This document shows, piece by piece, positions 42,833-51,866 of a stretch of 64,000 nt of DNA (position 1 is its first letter; every line of letters starts with the position of its first letter). Origin of the DNA: Candidatus Poribacteria bacterium (GTDB lineage: Bacteria; Poribacteria; WGA-4E; PCPOR2b); contig OZ240245.1 in assembly GCA_965198175.1 (NCBI GenBank), positions 2,560,001-2,624,000 of the forward strand. Reading direction: 5' to 3'. The translations under genes and the position numbers were made by a program. The notes under the pieces are model-generated. The model was given only the letters and a program-made list of their open reading frames with translations. It had not been told where the DNA came from and did not search any database.

Positions 42833-45457
42833 TCAACCAATCGAGACCATTTCCAACTGTTTCTTCCATTGTGTCTGTAACATCGCTTTCAGCGCTTGGT
42901 GCTCAGGGCGCCTCAGCGTTGGGTCTGACTTCGTGAGCACACCCGCCTCCACTTTAGCAAGCTCAATCAGTGCAGCATCTCTGATAATATTGCCAATTTT
43001 AAAATCCGGAAGTCCAGATTGCCGCGTTCCAAAGAATTCGCCCGGTCCGCGAATACGTAGGTCCTCCTCTGCGAGCGCAAAGCCATCGTTGGTTCGCGTC
43101 ATCGCTTTGATGCGGGACACGCTATCCTCACCCTTCGGATCGGCGATGAGGTAACAAGAGGATTTGTGCTCGCCGCGTCCTACACGTCCACGCAACTGAT
43201 GTAGCTGTGCCAGTCCAAACCGTTCCGCATTTTCAATCACCATAATCGATGCGTTCGGGTAGTCAATCCCGACTTCAATGACGGTTGTTGAAACCAAAAT
43301 ATCAATTTCTCGATTCTTCAGATGAAACATCACTTCCTGTTTTTCTGCCGACCTCATCCGCCCGTGCAATAGCCCCACGCGAAGGTGGGGGTAAACATTG
43401 TGTTGGAAGTGTGCTGCCATTTCCGTTGCGGCTTTAATCTCTTCAAGTTTTTCTGATTCCTCAACAAGCGGGTAAACAATGTATGCCTGTCTACCGCGCT
43501 GAATCTCCTTCTCAATTCGCGCGTACAACTGGTCCCGATCTTTCTCTTTCACCCATTTTGTTGTAATCTCTCGCCGCCCCGGCGGCATTTCGTCAATCAC
43601 GGACACGTTAAGGTCGCCATAGACCGTTAAGGCTAGCGTTCGCGGGATGGGAGTCGCCGTCATCACTAGAACATCCGGAGTGTTCCCTTTGTCCCGCAGC
43701 GTTGCCCGCTGCATGACTCCGAAACGGTGCTGTTCGTCAATAATGACTAGCCCTAGCTGGTGAAATTCAACACCGTCTTGGATCAGGGCGTGTGTCCCGA
43801 CAACGATGTGGGCTGAACCATCTGCGATGGCGGCGAGGACTGCTTCACGTTCTTTCTTGGGAATGTCGCTTTTGAGCAGCACAACGTTTAGGTTCAGCGA
43901 TCTGAGCAATTCCGACAGATTGTATGCGTGTTGCTCAGCAAGAATCTCCGTAGGTACCATGATTGTACCTTGGTACCCGCTCTGGATAGCGCACAGCATC
44001 GCCATCACTGCAACAATTGTCTTTCCAGACCCGACATCGCCCTGGAGCAACCGATTCATTGCTTGAGTAGTCCCCATATCCGCTTTAATTTCCGCAATGA
44101 CCCGTTCTTGCGCATGAGTTAATTGGAACGGCAGAGCATCGAAAAAACTTTGAATCACATCGCCTTCGACTTGGAAAGCAATCCCCTTTTCTTTTGTTTC
44201 CCATCGCCGCTTTTTTAGTTCAAGTCCCACTTCCAGCAAAAAGAACTCATCAAACACAAGCCGTCTTCGTGCAGCTTCGAGATCTGTTTCGGATGTCGGA
44301 AAGTGGATTTCCCCAATGGCGGGTCGCCGATCCATCAACTGATGCCGGCGGCGGAGTTCTAGCGGGATAATTTCGGGATATGCTTCAAGGTGTTCATCAA
44401 GTACGCTCTTCACCCATTGGCGCAGCATTCGTTGACTAAGATTTGCCGTTAACGGGTACTTGGGCACGATTCGACCGGTGTGGATCAGATCAGCATCCTC
44501 ATCTTCGAGGACCTCCACTTCAAAGTCGGTTGCCTGAATCTCATTGCTGCGACGAGTAAACTTGCCGCTCACGACCAAACGCGTCCCGATTTTCAACAAA
44601 TGCTTGAGATAGGTAATCCGACGCCCAAAACTAACAAGCACTGCCACGCCAGTTTCATCGTAGACTGCAAACTTTCCGACCAGCTTCGCGCCGCGGCGGC
44701 GCGGCGTGAACTGCGTCCGATTGACAACTTTGCCCTGAATCGTCTCATGTTCATCGCCCCGACCCACATCATAAATTGACCGAAAATGACTCCGATTCAG
44801 ATAGTCACGCGGATAGTATTCTAATAAATCGCCAACCGTGTGAATATCGAGCTCTGCCGAGAGCTTCGCTGCACGGCGTGTGCCGATGCCTTTTGTACAC
44901 TGAATTGATGTCCGCAGGAAATTCAGAGAGGCAGGGTCAGTTGAAACGGGGGCATCTTCAGTTGTGACTTCTGCCGTGGGCGTTTCTGAAGAATTTTCAG
45001 GGCTCTCTTCCGGCGGTGCAGCATCTAAAATATCAGACGGCGGACAAGGGGTTGCGGGCGGTGCTTCTTTTGCGGTTGAGCGCGGTTCATGCACGTCACT
45101 CGGAACGGACTTGAGCGGTTCCGCAACACTAGATGTACATTGAGACAGGGGCAGTTCTTTAACCGTAGACTGTGTTACCGGCGTCCCTTGCAGCATCGTC
45201 TCGATTTGCTTTGCAGCGTTTTGGATAACGTCGAGCCGTTGTGTCGGTGACAACGTCTCATAATCCGCAAACAGATTCGCGATTGTGTCAAGTGACTCCT
45301 TCGCAGCGGGATTAAGCGTCAACTTTCGAGCTTTCGTCACCCAAAGGGACACATAGTTTCCCAGACCGTTAACCACCACACTGTTATGGCAACCGCTGCG
45401 GCTTTCCTGCAGGAACGGGCGACGAATCGTCTGCAAAATTGCGGCAAGTTCATTCAT
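42833..45457 (-). CDS. recG: ATP-dependent DNA helicase RecG with an N-terminal extension
   Basis: QGDVGSGKT, DEQHRFG, MTATPIPRT, HQLRGRVGRG, RGPGE. Confidence 0.97.
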   Translation of the reverse strand: MNELAAILQTIRRPFLQESRSGCHNSVVVNGLGNYVSLWVTKARKLTLNPAAKESLDTIANLFADYETLSPTQRLDVIQNAAKQIETMLQGTPVTQSTVKELPLSQCTSSVAEPLKSVPSDVHEPRSTAKEAPPATPCPPSDILDAAPPEESPENSSETPTAEVTTEDAPVSTDPASLNFLRTSIQCTKGIGTRRAAKLSAELDIHTVGDLLEYYPRDYLNRSHFRSIYDVGRGDEHETIQGKVVNRTQFTPRRRGAKLVGKFAVYDETGVAVLVSFGRRITYLKHLLKIGTRLVVSGKFTRRSNEIQATDFEVEVLEDEDADLIHTGRIVPKYPLTANLSQRMLRQWVKSVLDEHLEAYPEIIPLELRRRHQLMDRRPAIGEIHFPTSETDLEAARRRLVFDEFFLLEVGLELKKRRWETKEKGIAFQVEGDVIQSFFDALPFQLTHAQERVIAEIKADMGTTQAMNRLLQGDVGSGKTIVAVMAMLCAIQSGYQGTIMVPTEILAEQHAYNLSELLRSLNLNVVLLKSDIPKKEREAVLAAIADGSAHIVVGTHALIQDGVEFHQLGLVIIDEQHRFGVMQRATLRDKGNTPDVLVMTATPIPRTLALTVYGDLNVSVIDEMPPGRREITTKWVKEKDRDQLYARIEKEIQRGRQAYIVYPLVEESEKLEEIKAATEMAAHFQHNVYPHLRVGLLHGRMRSAEKQEVMFHLKNREIDILVSTTVIEVGIDYPNASIMVIENAERFGLAQLHQLRGRVGRGEHKSSCYLIADPKGEDSVSRIKAMTRTNDGFALAEEDLRIRGPGEFFGTRQSGLPDFKIGNIIRDAALIELAKVEAGVLTKSDPTLRRPEHQALKAMLQTQWKKQLEMVSIG

Positions 45458-45702
45458 AATTTGTGCATCAGAGTTTGTAGTCGGGGTGAATCAAATAAGC
45501 GGACGCTGCGCTGTAAACGGCGTTGGTTTTCTCAACGCGATTCCCTAGCCGACAAGGAGATGCCGCCGAAATCCTGTACGAGTAAGTTGATGACGACATA
45601 TCGCGTATATTATACACCAGTTTCCTCTCCGCTTAGCAACCTTTATTTGGGATATGTTGCAACGTGTCAAGATTTGACGAAAGCTCCCTACAAAAACAAA
45701 TA

Positions 45703-45769
45703 TGGGCAGGCACAAGACCTGCCCCTACATGTGGTCAATTCCTGTAGGGGCAACCCTTGTGGTTGCCCT
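45703..45769. repeat. Divergent pair of GTAG-type REP-like hairpins
   Basis: GGGCAGGCACAAGACCTGCCCCTAC and GTAGGGGCAACCCTTGTGGTTGCCC. Confidence 0.7.
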
Positions 45770-45849
45770 GCTGTCTTGAGGCGATTTCAGACAACCGTAC
45801 TGGTTTTTTTGCGGATTGCCCGATTGTTTCCCTAATTGGCAATAGCGCC

Positions 45850-46092
45850 TGTAGGTTGGGTTGAGACGACGGCGAAACCCATACGATCAAGCGACTGGAT
45901 AAGGAGCGATCAATGGAGCGAATAGCGACTGCGATAGTCTTGTAGGTTGGGTTGATCGGATTTGATGAAACATGTGAATCGTAACACATGAGCATGGTTT
46001 GTTAATTGAGTTTAAGATTTGTATGCGTGTAGCGTAACCCAACGCTTTTTGGCCTTCCGGATGTGTCAAAAGGTGTTAAAAGCGTTGGGCTT
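45850..46092. repeat. TGTAGGTTGGG REP/REPIN-like composite repeat
   Basis: Two TGTAGGTTGGGTTGA starts (45850, 45941), GATCAA modules, CCCAACGCTTTT...AAAAGCGTTGGG inner inverted repeat; homologous to 54602-54840. Confidence 0.75.
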
Positions 46093-46097
46093 AGTCA

Positions 46098-46907
46098 TTA
46101 GACATCGTCCAATGCCGAAGGCACGTTATCCTGACAGTAGACGGGACGGAAGAGTGTGCGCCGTTTGAACGGCATTTCAGCGAGGTGTTCCGGATGCGGC
46201 TCCCACTTATGCCACCTGTTGCCGATGACGTTGTAGCAGTTGAATATGGCGACCCGATCGACCGTATCGTCCTCCCACCGAGCGCCAGTGTGAGTAATCG
46301 CCTCAGTGAAGAATAGCACCGAACCCGCCGGACAGGTATAATCCTCCCATAGTAAACAATCCTGATTTTGCGTCGATTTTGGCGGCGGAAAAGCGGCTTT
46401 GTGGCTTCCCGATAAGAACATGGTACCGCCGCCGCGTTTCTTGACCGGGTTCAATTCCCATACAACTCGCGTCAACCCGCTGTGCGCCTTGTCGTGGTGC
46501 ATATGATAGGTATGTGAGTTACCCGGGAAATTCAACATGCCCCGTCCGCCATGGGGTCTGAACTCGCCACGCCCCTTGGCTCGGATTGTCAGGAACGTGC
46601 CTTCCAAGCGAAAACCGTAGCAATCTTCGCTCGCGTAGCCTGCCGCGACAAACTCGTTCATGAAGCCAACGACAATCGGGTGGTCGGTCAGTTTTTCGAG
46701 AGGACCGCCAATGGACGAACGATGATGCTCAGGAATAGACTCTGGCTCTCTTTGTAGACGATAACAAAAATCACGCATCTCGGCAGCTTCGTCGTCGGTC
46801 AACACGGCGGGGAGGGCTATCCAACCCCGTGTATCGAAGATAAACCTCTGCTCTTCGGTGAACTCTATCGCCGACGCCCCGTCAGCGTTTGTCGAAGGTA
46901 TAGGCAT
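46098..46907 (-). CDS. Phytanoyl-CoA dioxygenase (PhyH)-like protein
   Basis: EQRFIFDTRGW, FLSGSHKA, AGSVLFFTEAITH. Confidence 0.8.
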   Translation of the reverse strand: MPIPSTNADGASAIEFTEEQRFIFDTRGWIALPAVLTDDEAAEMRDFCYRLQREPESIPEHHRSSIGGPLEKLTDHPIVVGFMNEFVAAGYASEDCYGFRLEGTFLTIRAKGRGEFRPHGGRGMLNFPGNSHTYHMHHDKAHSGLTRVVWELNPVKKRGGGTMFLSGSHKAAFPPPKSTQNQDCLLWEDYTCPAGSVLFFTEAITHTGARWEDDTVDRVAIFNCYNVIGNRWHKWEPHPEHLAEMPFKRRTLFRPVYCQDNVPSALDDV

Positions 46908-47126
46908 AAAATGACCCCCTATTTTTGGGAATAGTTCATTGTTCGTAGGCGCACGGCTAACACTTTTCGCATTACCCCAGAATGCACTTCCGACAGAGAA
47001 TATCCATCGGGCAATTTGAACCTACAGACAGGACACTTGAGGTGGCGAGGACTATCGAACACTATAACACGCGCAGATAGTCAATGCCAAGTCTTAATTT
47101 TGCATGATTTTATGTGAAGTCGATCA

Positions 47127-47155
47127 TTGACAAATTTTCAAAAATATATTACCAT
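47127..47155 (+). promoter_or_regulatory. Putative sigma70 promoter facing the 134-bp repeats and ORF 47810
   Basis: TTGACA-N17-TACCAT in AT-rich DNA. Confidence 0.5.
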
Positions 47156-47309
47156 TTGTCTTAAAGCCATTTACATTTTAATTTACACACATTCAGATAC
47201 ACCCTGATAAGCTTACTATTACCCACAAGACTGCAAAGTCACACGGAGCACACTGTGGGAGGGAGATCCTTCTCCCGATTGTCGAGGATCCAGCGACCGA
47301 ATTGGGAGC

Positions 47310-47588
47310 GCGATAGTTTTAGTTGCCTCTCTCACAGTGGGCAATCTTTTTCGGTTCATTCAATATTTATTCCCCTCCTTACCAAGGAGGGGTTAGGGGA
47401 GGTCGTAGTTTGGGTTGAGCGATCAACCGACCGAACAGGGACGGCGATAGTTTTAGTTGCCTCTCTCACAGTGGGCAGTCTTTTTCGGTTCATTCAATAT
47501 TTATTCCCCTCCTTACCAAGGAGGGGTTAGGGGAGGTCGTAGTTTGGGTTGAGCGATCAACCGACCGAACAGGGAGGGCGATAGTTTT
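47310..47588. repeat. Tandem repeat, 2 x 134 bp
   Basis: Units start at 47310, 47444 (and a partial at 47578); contain the CCCCTCCTT-ACC-AAGGAGGGG hairpin. Confidence 0.9.
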
Positions 47589-47809
47589 CCCATAGTCTTA
47601 GGGGGTTTGACCCTCCTTTTTGATTGGATTAATATGTGTAATTTTTAGTTGTCGTGGCTATAGAGTTTGTTTGAGAAGTCCAAATCCGTCTTTGGGAAAA
47701 GTAATTTAGGGGGTAAATGCCTTGAAATCCGATGGTTTTGACCCCTAAATGACCAAACAGTAGCGTTGCCACCTACTTTTCAAACAGGTTCTTAGGGAGG
47801 AAATTTGAG

Positions 47810-48205
47810 ATGGACTTTTCGGCATGGTCCCCATCACACACTATAATTGCGATTTTTGCAGCGGTAGGGTTCATTGGACAGGTCGCAGTCTTGTTCTACC
47901 GCACAGCGCAACTGGAAAAACGCATAGAGAAGCAAGGCGAAGATTTGCGTCAGCAAGGCGAAACATACTTTCACGCAATAGAACGGCTTGAGAACCGGAT
48001 GGACAAGCGTTTCACTGAGGTCATATCGCAAACGACTCAGCAAATATCGGAAGTCCGAACCGAAATCGCCAGCCTCCGGTCGGACATGAATCAACAAATC
48101 GCTAGCGTTCGAGAGGAGATTGGCAGTGTTCGAGAGGAAATCAGCAAACTCAACCAGAACCACATTGACCACCTGATGCACCACCAAATTGAGAAGTCAG
48201 TGTAG
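47810..48205 (+). CDS. Small protein with an N-terminal TM segment and a heptad coiled coil
   Basis: GGAGG RBS; IASLRSD/IASVREE/IGSVREE heptads; stop TAG lies inside a REP. Confidence 0.75.
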   Translation: MDFSAWSPSHTIIAIFAAVGFIGQVAVLFYRTAQLEKRIEKQGEDLRQQGETYFHAIERLENRMDKRFTEVISQTTQQISEVRTEIASLRSDMNQQIASVREEIGSVREEISKLNQNHIDHLMHHQIEKSV

Positions 48206-48503
48206 GTTGGGTTGAGCCAGCGACGAAACCCATACTATCAACCGAGCGAATAGATCAAGCGACTGGATAGGGAGCGATCAACCGACTGAATAGTGAGGGA
48301 TCAATGGAGCGAATAGCGACTGCGATAGTCTTTCCAGTTCTTCATAGAAATCTTAGACCATAGTCTTCCGCACAACCAAGCTCACAGTGGACCGGTTGGT
48401 CGTTATGGTTGACTTCTTCAGCCTTTCGCTCCATAGGAGCGATATGTCTATAGTATGCTAATGCGTCTAATCCATGCGCTCCGTAGGAGCGCTATGTGTA
48501 TAG
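48201..48503. repeat. REP-like cluster
   Basis: TGTAGGTTGGGTTGAG, GATCAA modules, two CGCTCC(A/G)TAGGAGCG...ATGT.TATAG copies. Confidence 0.65.
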
Positions 48504-48587
48504 TCCGAAATTATCTCCAGTATCGTATCCCAATCCGATCGGGAAGCACCTGCCCTCAATGAAATCGGGGTTCCCTAATCTGCGATA

Positions 48588-49475
48588 TCAGACTCCCCAC
48601 CGCTTCCGCATCTCCTCCATCGGCACCGTTTTGCCCTGCGTCCAAGCATAATGCGCGATCGGGTCCTCGCCAATCCAACGTTCATCAACCGGTTCATCGG
48701 CGCGTTGATAGCGTGTATCCGTGCTCAGACGAAAGCGGTGGGTTGTGTTGTCCAGCGATCCGTGCATGGTGAACATACCAAAAATCAACACATCCCCCAT
48801 TTCAAATGAACTCGTTCGCCACTGTCCGCCGTAGCGGTTTACCAATTCGATCGGATCGTTCGAGAACGAGCCGGTCACATGGTCACGATCAACATCCATG
48901 TTTCCGTAAGTCTCCTTCAGGACATCAAAACGGTGGGAGCCGACAAGAATCGCCAACGGTCCCATGTCGAGCGGCACATCGCCGATCGGTGTCCAGCAGG
49001 TGACGACCTGCTGCGTGCCGCGTCCCATATAGACGATGTCGTAGTGGGCGCCGGTGAAACCGCCCGGCTCGACCACACGCAACCATTTATAATCATAAGT
49101 CATGACGGGTGCATCGAAGAATCCCTCACAGAAATCCATAATCTCCGCTGATTCGACCAGATTCAGAAAATCAGGCTGATGCGTGACGGCTTTGTTTCCG
49201 CCCATAAACATGCCGCGCTTGCCTTCCGCCGGTACCCCTTCCAAAAGCGGGTACGCACGATCGACTTGCTCATTTTCGTCTAATTTCTTGAGGAGAAATC
49301 GGCGGGTTGACTTGACCTTTTCCGGGTCGTGCAAGCCGCGGATTAGCAGATAGCCATCCGCTTCCAACCTCGCTTGAAGCGCTTCGCGATCGCTGAGGAG
49401 ATCGTTTGCTTCACGCAACCAACCGAGGTACTTTCCGCCCAAATCCATCTTTTCTTGGTTCATCGTGAGAATCAT
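48588..49475 (-). CDS. Phytanoyl-CoA dioxygenase (PhyH) family protein
   Basis: DGYLLIRG, HYD (HxD), TCWTPIGD, GSH, MHGS, RLSTDTRY. Confidence 0.88.
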   Translation of the reverse strand: MILTMNQEKMDLGGKYLGWLREANDLLSDREALQARLEADGYLLIRGLHDPEKVKSTRRFLLKKLDENEQVDRAYPLLEGVPAEGKRGMFMGGNKAVTHQPDFLNLVESAEIMDFCEGFFDAPVMTYDYKWLRVVEPGGFTGAHYDIVYMGRGTQQVVTCWTPIGDVPLDMGPLAILVGSHRFDVLKETYGNMDVDRDHVTGSFSNDPIELVNRYGGQWRTSSFEMGDVLIFGMFTMHGSLDNTTHRFRLSTDTRYQRADEPVDERWIGEDPIAHYAWTQGKTVPMEEMRKRWGV

Positions 49476-49630
49476 TTCAAAACTCCGTTTTTCTCCGTTC
49501 CAAAATCTCGTTTCAAGGTGCAACAAAACAACTAGGGACAAAAACTCGGTTTCTCTGAAGAAATACATCCTCGACAGTCAGTTTCGGAAGAGAAACTACA
49601 ATAAAGTATAGCGTTCTTAAACTCCAAATG

Positions 49631-50698
49631 CTATACAAGATTGTCTACTACGGATGAATCGAGCTTCGGAATCAAGCACAACAGCAGGTCTAATGCCGCT
49701 CGGTAATCATCTATATTAATGATAGACACATGGCTGTGGACATAACGGGCTGGCACTCCTAGCACGATTGACGGTACGCCGCGTCCACCCTGATGGATCG
49801 CCCCGCCGTCCGTCCCTCCAGTAGCACGCACAGCAATCTGATGTGGAATCTGGTGCGCGGTTGCAGTCTCAATCACAAGTTCGGCTAAACGTGGATTGGC
49901 AATCATTGAGGGATCATACAACCGTATCTGCACACCGCCGCCCAGCTTTCCCTGCATAGTATCACTGCTAGCCCCCGGCAGATCGTCTGCGGGCGGTCCT
50001 TCCAGTATAATCGCTGCATCCGGCTTCACAGCAGCCGCAACTGTTCGTGCGCCGCGCAACCCAACCTCCTCTTGTACGCTCCCAGTGCCGATTACTGTGT
50101 TTGGGTGATCGCTGAGTTGTTGGAGAGTTTCTATAACTAAACCCACGCCAACCCGATTATCAAATGCCTTTGCAGAAAACAGCTTCGGGTTCTTCATCGG
50201 CATGAACGCTCCATAAGGAGCGATTGGACAACCGGGCTTCACCCCATACTCATCCGTTGCCTGTTCAGCGGTTTCTGCCCCAACATCAATGTACAGGTCT
50301 TTAATTTCCATCACCTGATCGCGCGAACCGGCGTTTAGAAGATGAGGAGGCGTAGACCCAATCACACCGGCGACTTTGCCCTGTCTCGTCAAAATATTGA
50401 CCCGTTGCGCGAGTAGCGTATGCGCCCACCATCCGCCGACCGTGAGAAATTTGACATATCCCGCCGCTGTCACATTCTGAACGATAAATCCGACTTCATC
50501 CATGTGTGAATCAAGCAGGATACGCGGTTTTTCGGCGTTACCGCTCTTTGTGCAAAATATACTTCCCAATCGATCTTTTTCGATAACCCCCACCCCTTCC
50601 AACTGTGAATGAAAGATTTGCCTGACCTCCTCCTCGTGTCCAGGGATGGCATCTGCTTGAGTGAGTTTCGCAAGTAGTTGAACCGATGTTTGGCTCAT
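49631..50698 (-). CDS. M42 family aminopeptidase
   Basis: SHMDEVG, KAFDNR, QEEVGLRGA, GGTDG, RYVHS. Confidence 0.95.
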   Translation of the reverse strand: MSQTSVQLLAKLTQADAIPGHEEEVRQIFHSQLEGVGVIEKDRLGSIFCTKSGNAEKPRILLDSHMDEVGFIVQNVTAAGYVKFLTVGGWWAHTLLAQRVNILTRQGKVAGVIGSTPPHLLNAGSRDQVMEIKDLYIDVGAETAEQATDEYGVKPGCPIAPYGAFMPMKNPKLFSAKAFDNRVGVGLVIETLQQLSDHPNTVIGTGSVQEEVGLRGARTVAAAVKPDAAIILEGPPADDLPGASSDTMQGKLGGGVQIRLYDPSMIANPRLAELVIETATAHQIPHQIAVRATGGTDGGAIHQGGRGVPSIVLGVPARYVHSHVSIINIDDYRAALDLLLCLIPKLDSSVVDNLV

Positions 50699-50944
50699 CG
50701 CTTCCCTTTCTGATTGAAATTAAAAACGCCGAAGCGCCGAAATACGCCCACACCCCTTCCGCCTGTCCATCAGATACTGACTCTCACCTTCTCCCTCTTC
50801 CCGTAGGAGAGGCATCCCTGCCTCGACAAGCAACTCTTGTAGGTTGGGTAGAGATCGACCGACCGAATGGAGAGCGATCAATGAGTCGAATGCGACAGTG
50901 TTCCCAATGCGATAGTTTAAGAAGCTTCTCCCACCCTAGACAGT

Positions 50945-51513
50945 CTTTTAACGTTAACTCAATATTCATTCCCCTCCTTACCAAGGAGGGGTTAGGGGAG
51001 GTTATAGGCTGGGTTAAGCAATCAAGTGAACAAACACCGCTCAACCCAACCTACAAAAGCTTTTAGCGTTAATTCAATATTCATTCCCCTCCTTACTAAG
51101 GAGGGGTTAGGGGAGGTTATAGGCTGGGTTAAGCAATCAAATGAACAAACACCGCTCAACCCAACCTACAAAAGCTTTTAACGTTAACTCAATATTCATT
51201 CCCCTCCTTACTAAGGAGGGGTTAGGGGAGGTTATGGGCTGGGTTAAGCAATCAAGTGAACAAACACCGCTCAACCCAACCTACAAAAGCTTTTAGCGTT
51301 AATTCAATATTCATTCCCCTCCTTACTAAGGAGGGGTTAGGGGAGGTTATGGGCTGGGTTAAGCAATCAAATGAACAAACACCTCTCCCCCCAACCTACA
51401 AAAGCTTTTAGCGTTAACTCAATATTCATTCCCCTCCTTACTAAGGAGGGGTTAGGGGAGGTTATGGGCTGGGTTAAGCAATCAAGTGAACGAACACCAC
51501 ACCCCAACCTACA
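50945..51513. repeat. Tandem array of five 115-bp units
   Basis: Units start at 50945, 51060, 51175, 51290, 51405; each has a CCCCTCCTT-N3-AAGGAGGGG hairpin and ends in CCAACCTACA. Confidence 0.95.
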
Positions 51514-51675
51514 CCTCCTCCTTCCCGTATTTAAACCGCGCAATCGCGCCTTGCTCTGCTAATTCTGCTCGTGCATAATGCGCCGGCATTTGAGGCGATT
51601 TCCACCGCCCCGCAACCTGCATATTCACCACAGACGCCCCCGCTTGCGCCAGCGAAACCGCACACCCGACCCGAA
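51509..51675 (-). pseudogene. 5'-truncated copy of the recombinase 3' end (copy 3)
   Basis: 51522-51675 matches 55034-55187 with 15 mismatches in 154 nt; reads RVGCAVSLAQAGASVVNMQVAGRWKSPQMPAHYARAELAEQGAIARFKYGKEEV*. Confidence 0.92.
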
Positions 51676-51866
51676 TTTCTTGTAGGTTGGGTTGAGGGAT
51701 CTCAATCGCACGGGATTTACTATGGAAACTCTATCGCGCACGCTATCCGTTTGCTTGATCCCTCGTTATCCATTCGTTCGATCTCCCATGATTTATTCCC
51801 TCGCTTGCGGGTCAGTAGAGAATGGGAGGGGAGAGTGAATGGGAAGAAGACTGTCTGAATCGCGGA

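Noticed and set aside
50945..51513. CRISPR array
   Set aside because: Whole units are near-identical, with no unique spacers and no cas genes in the window
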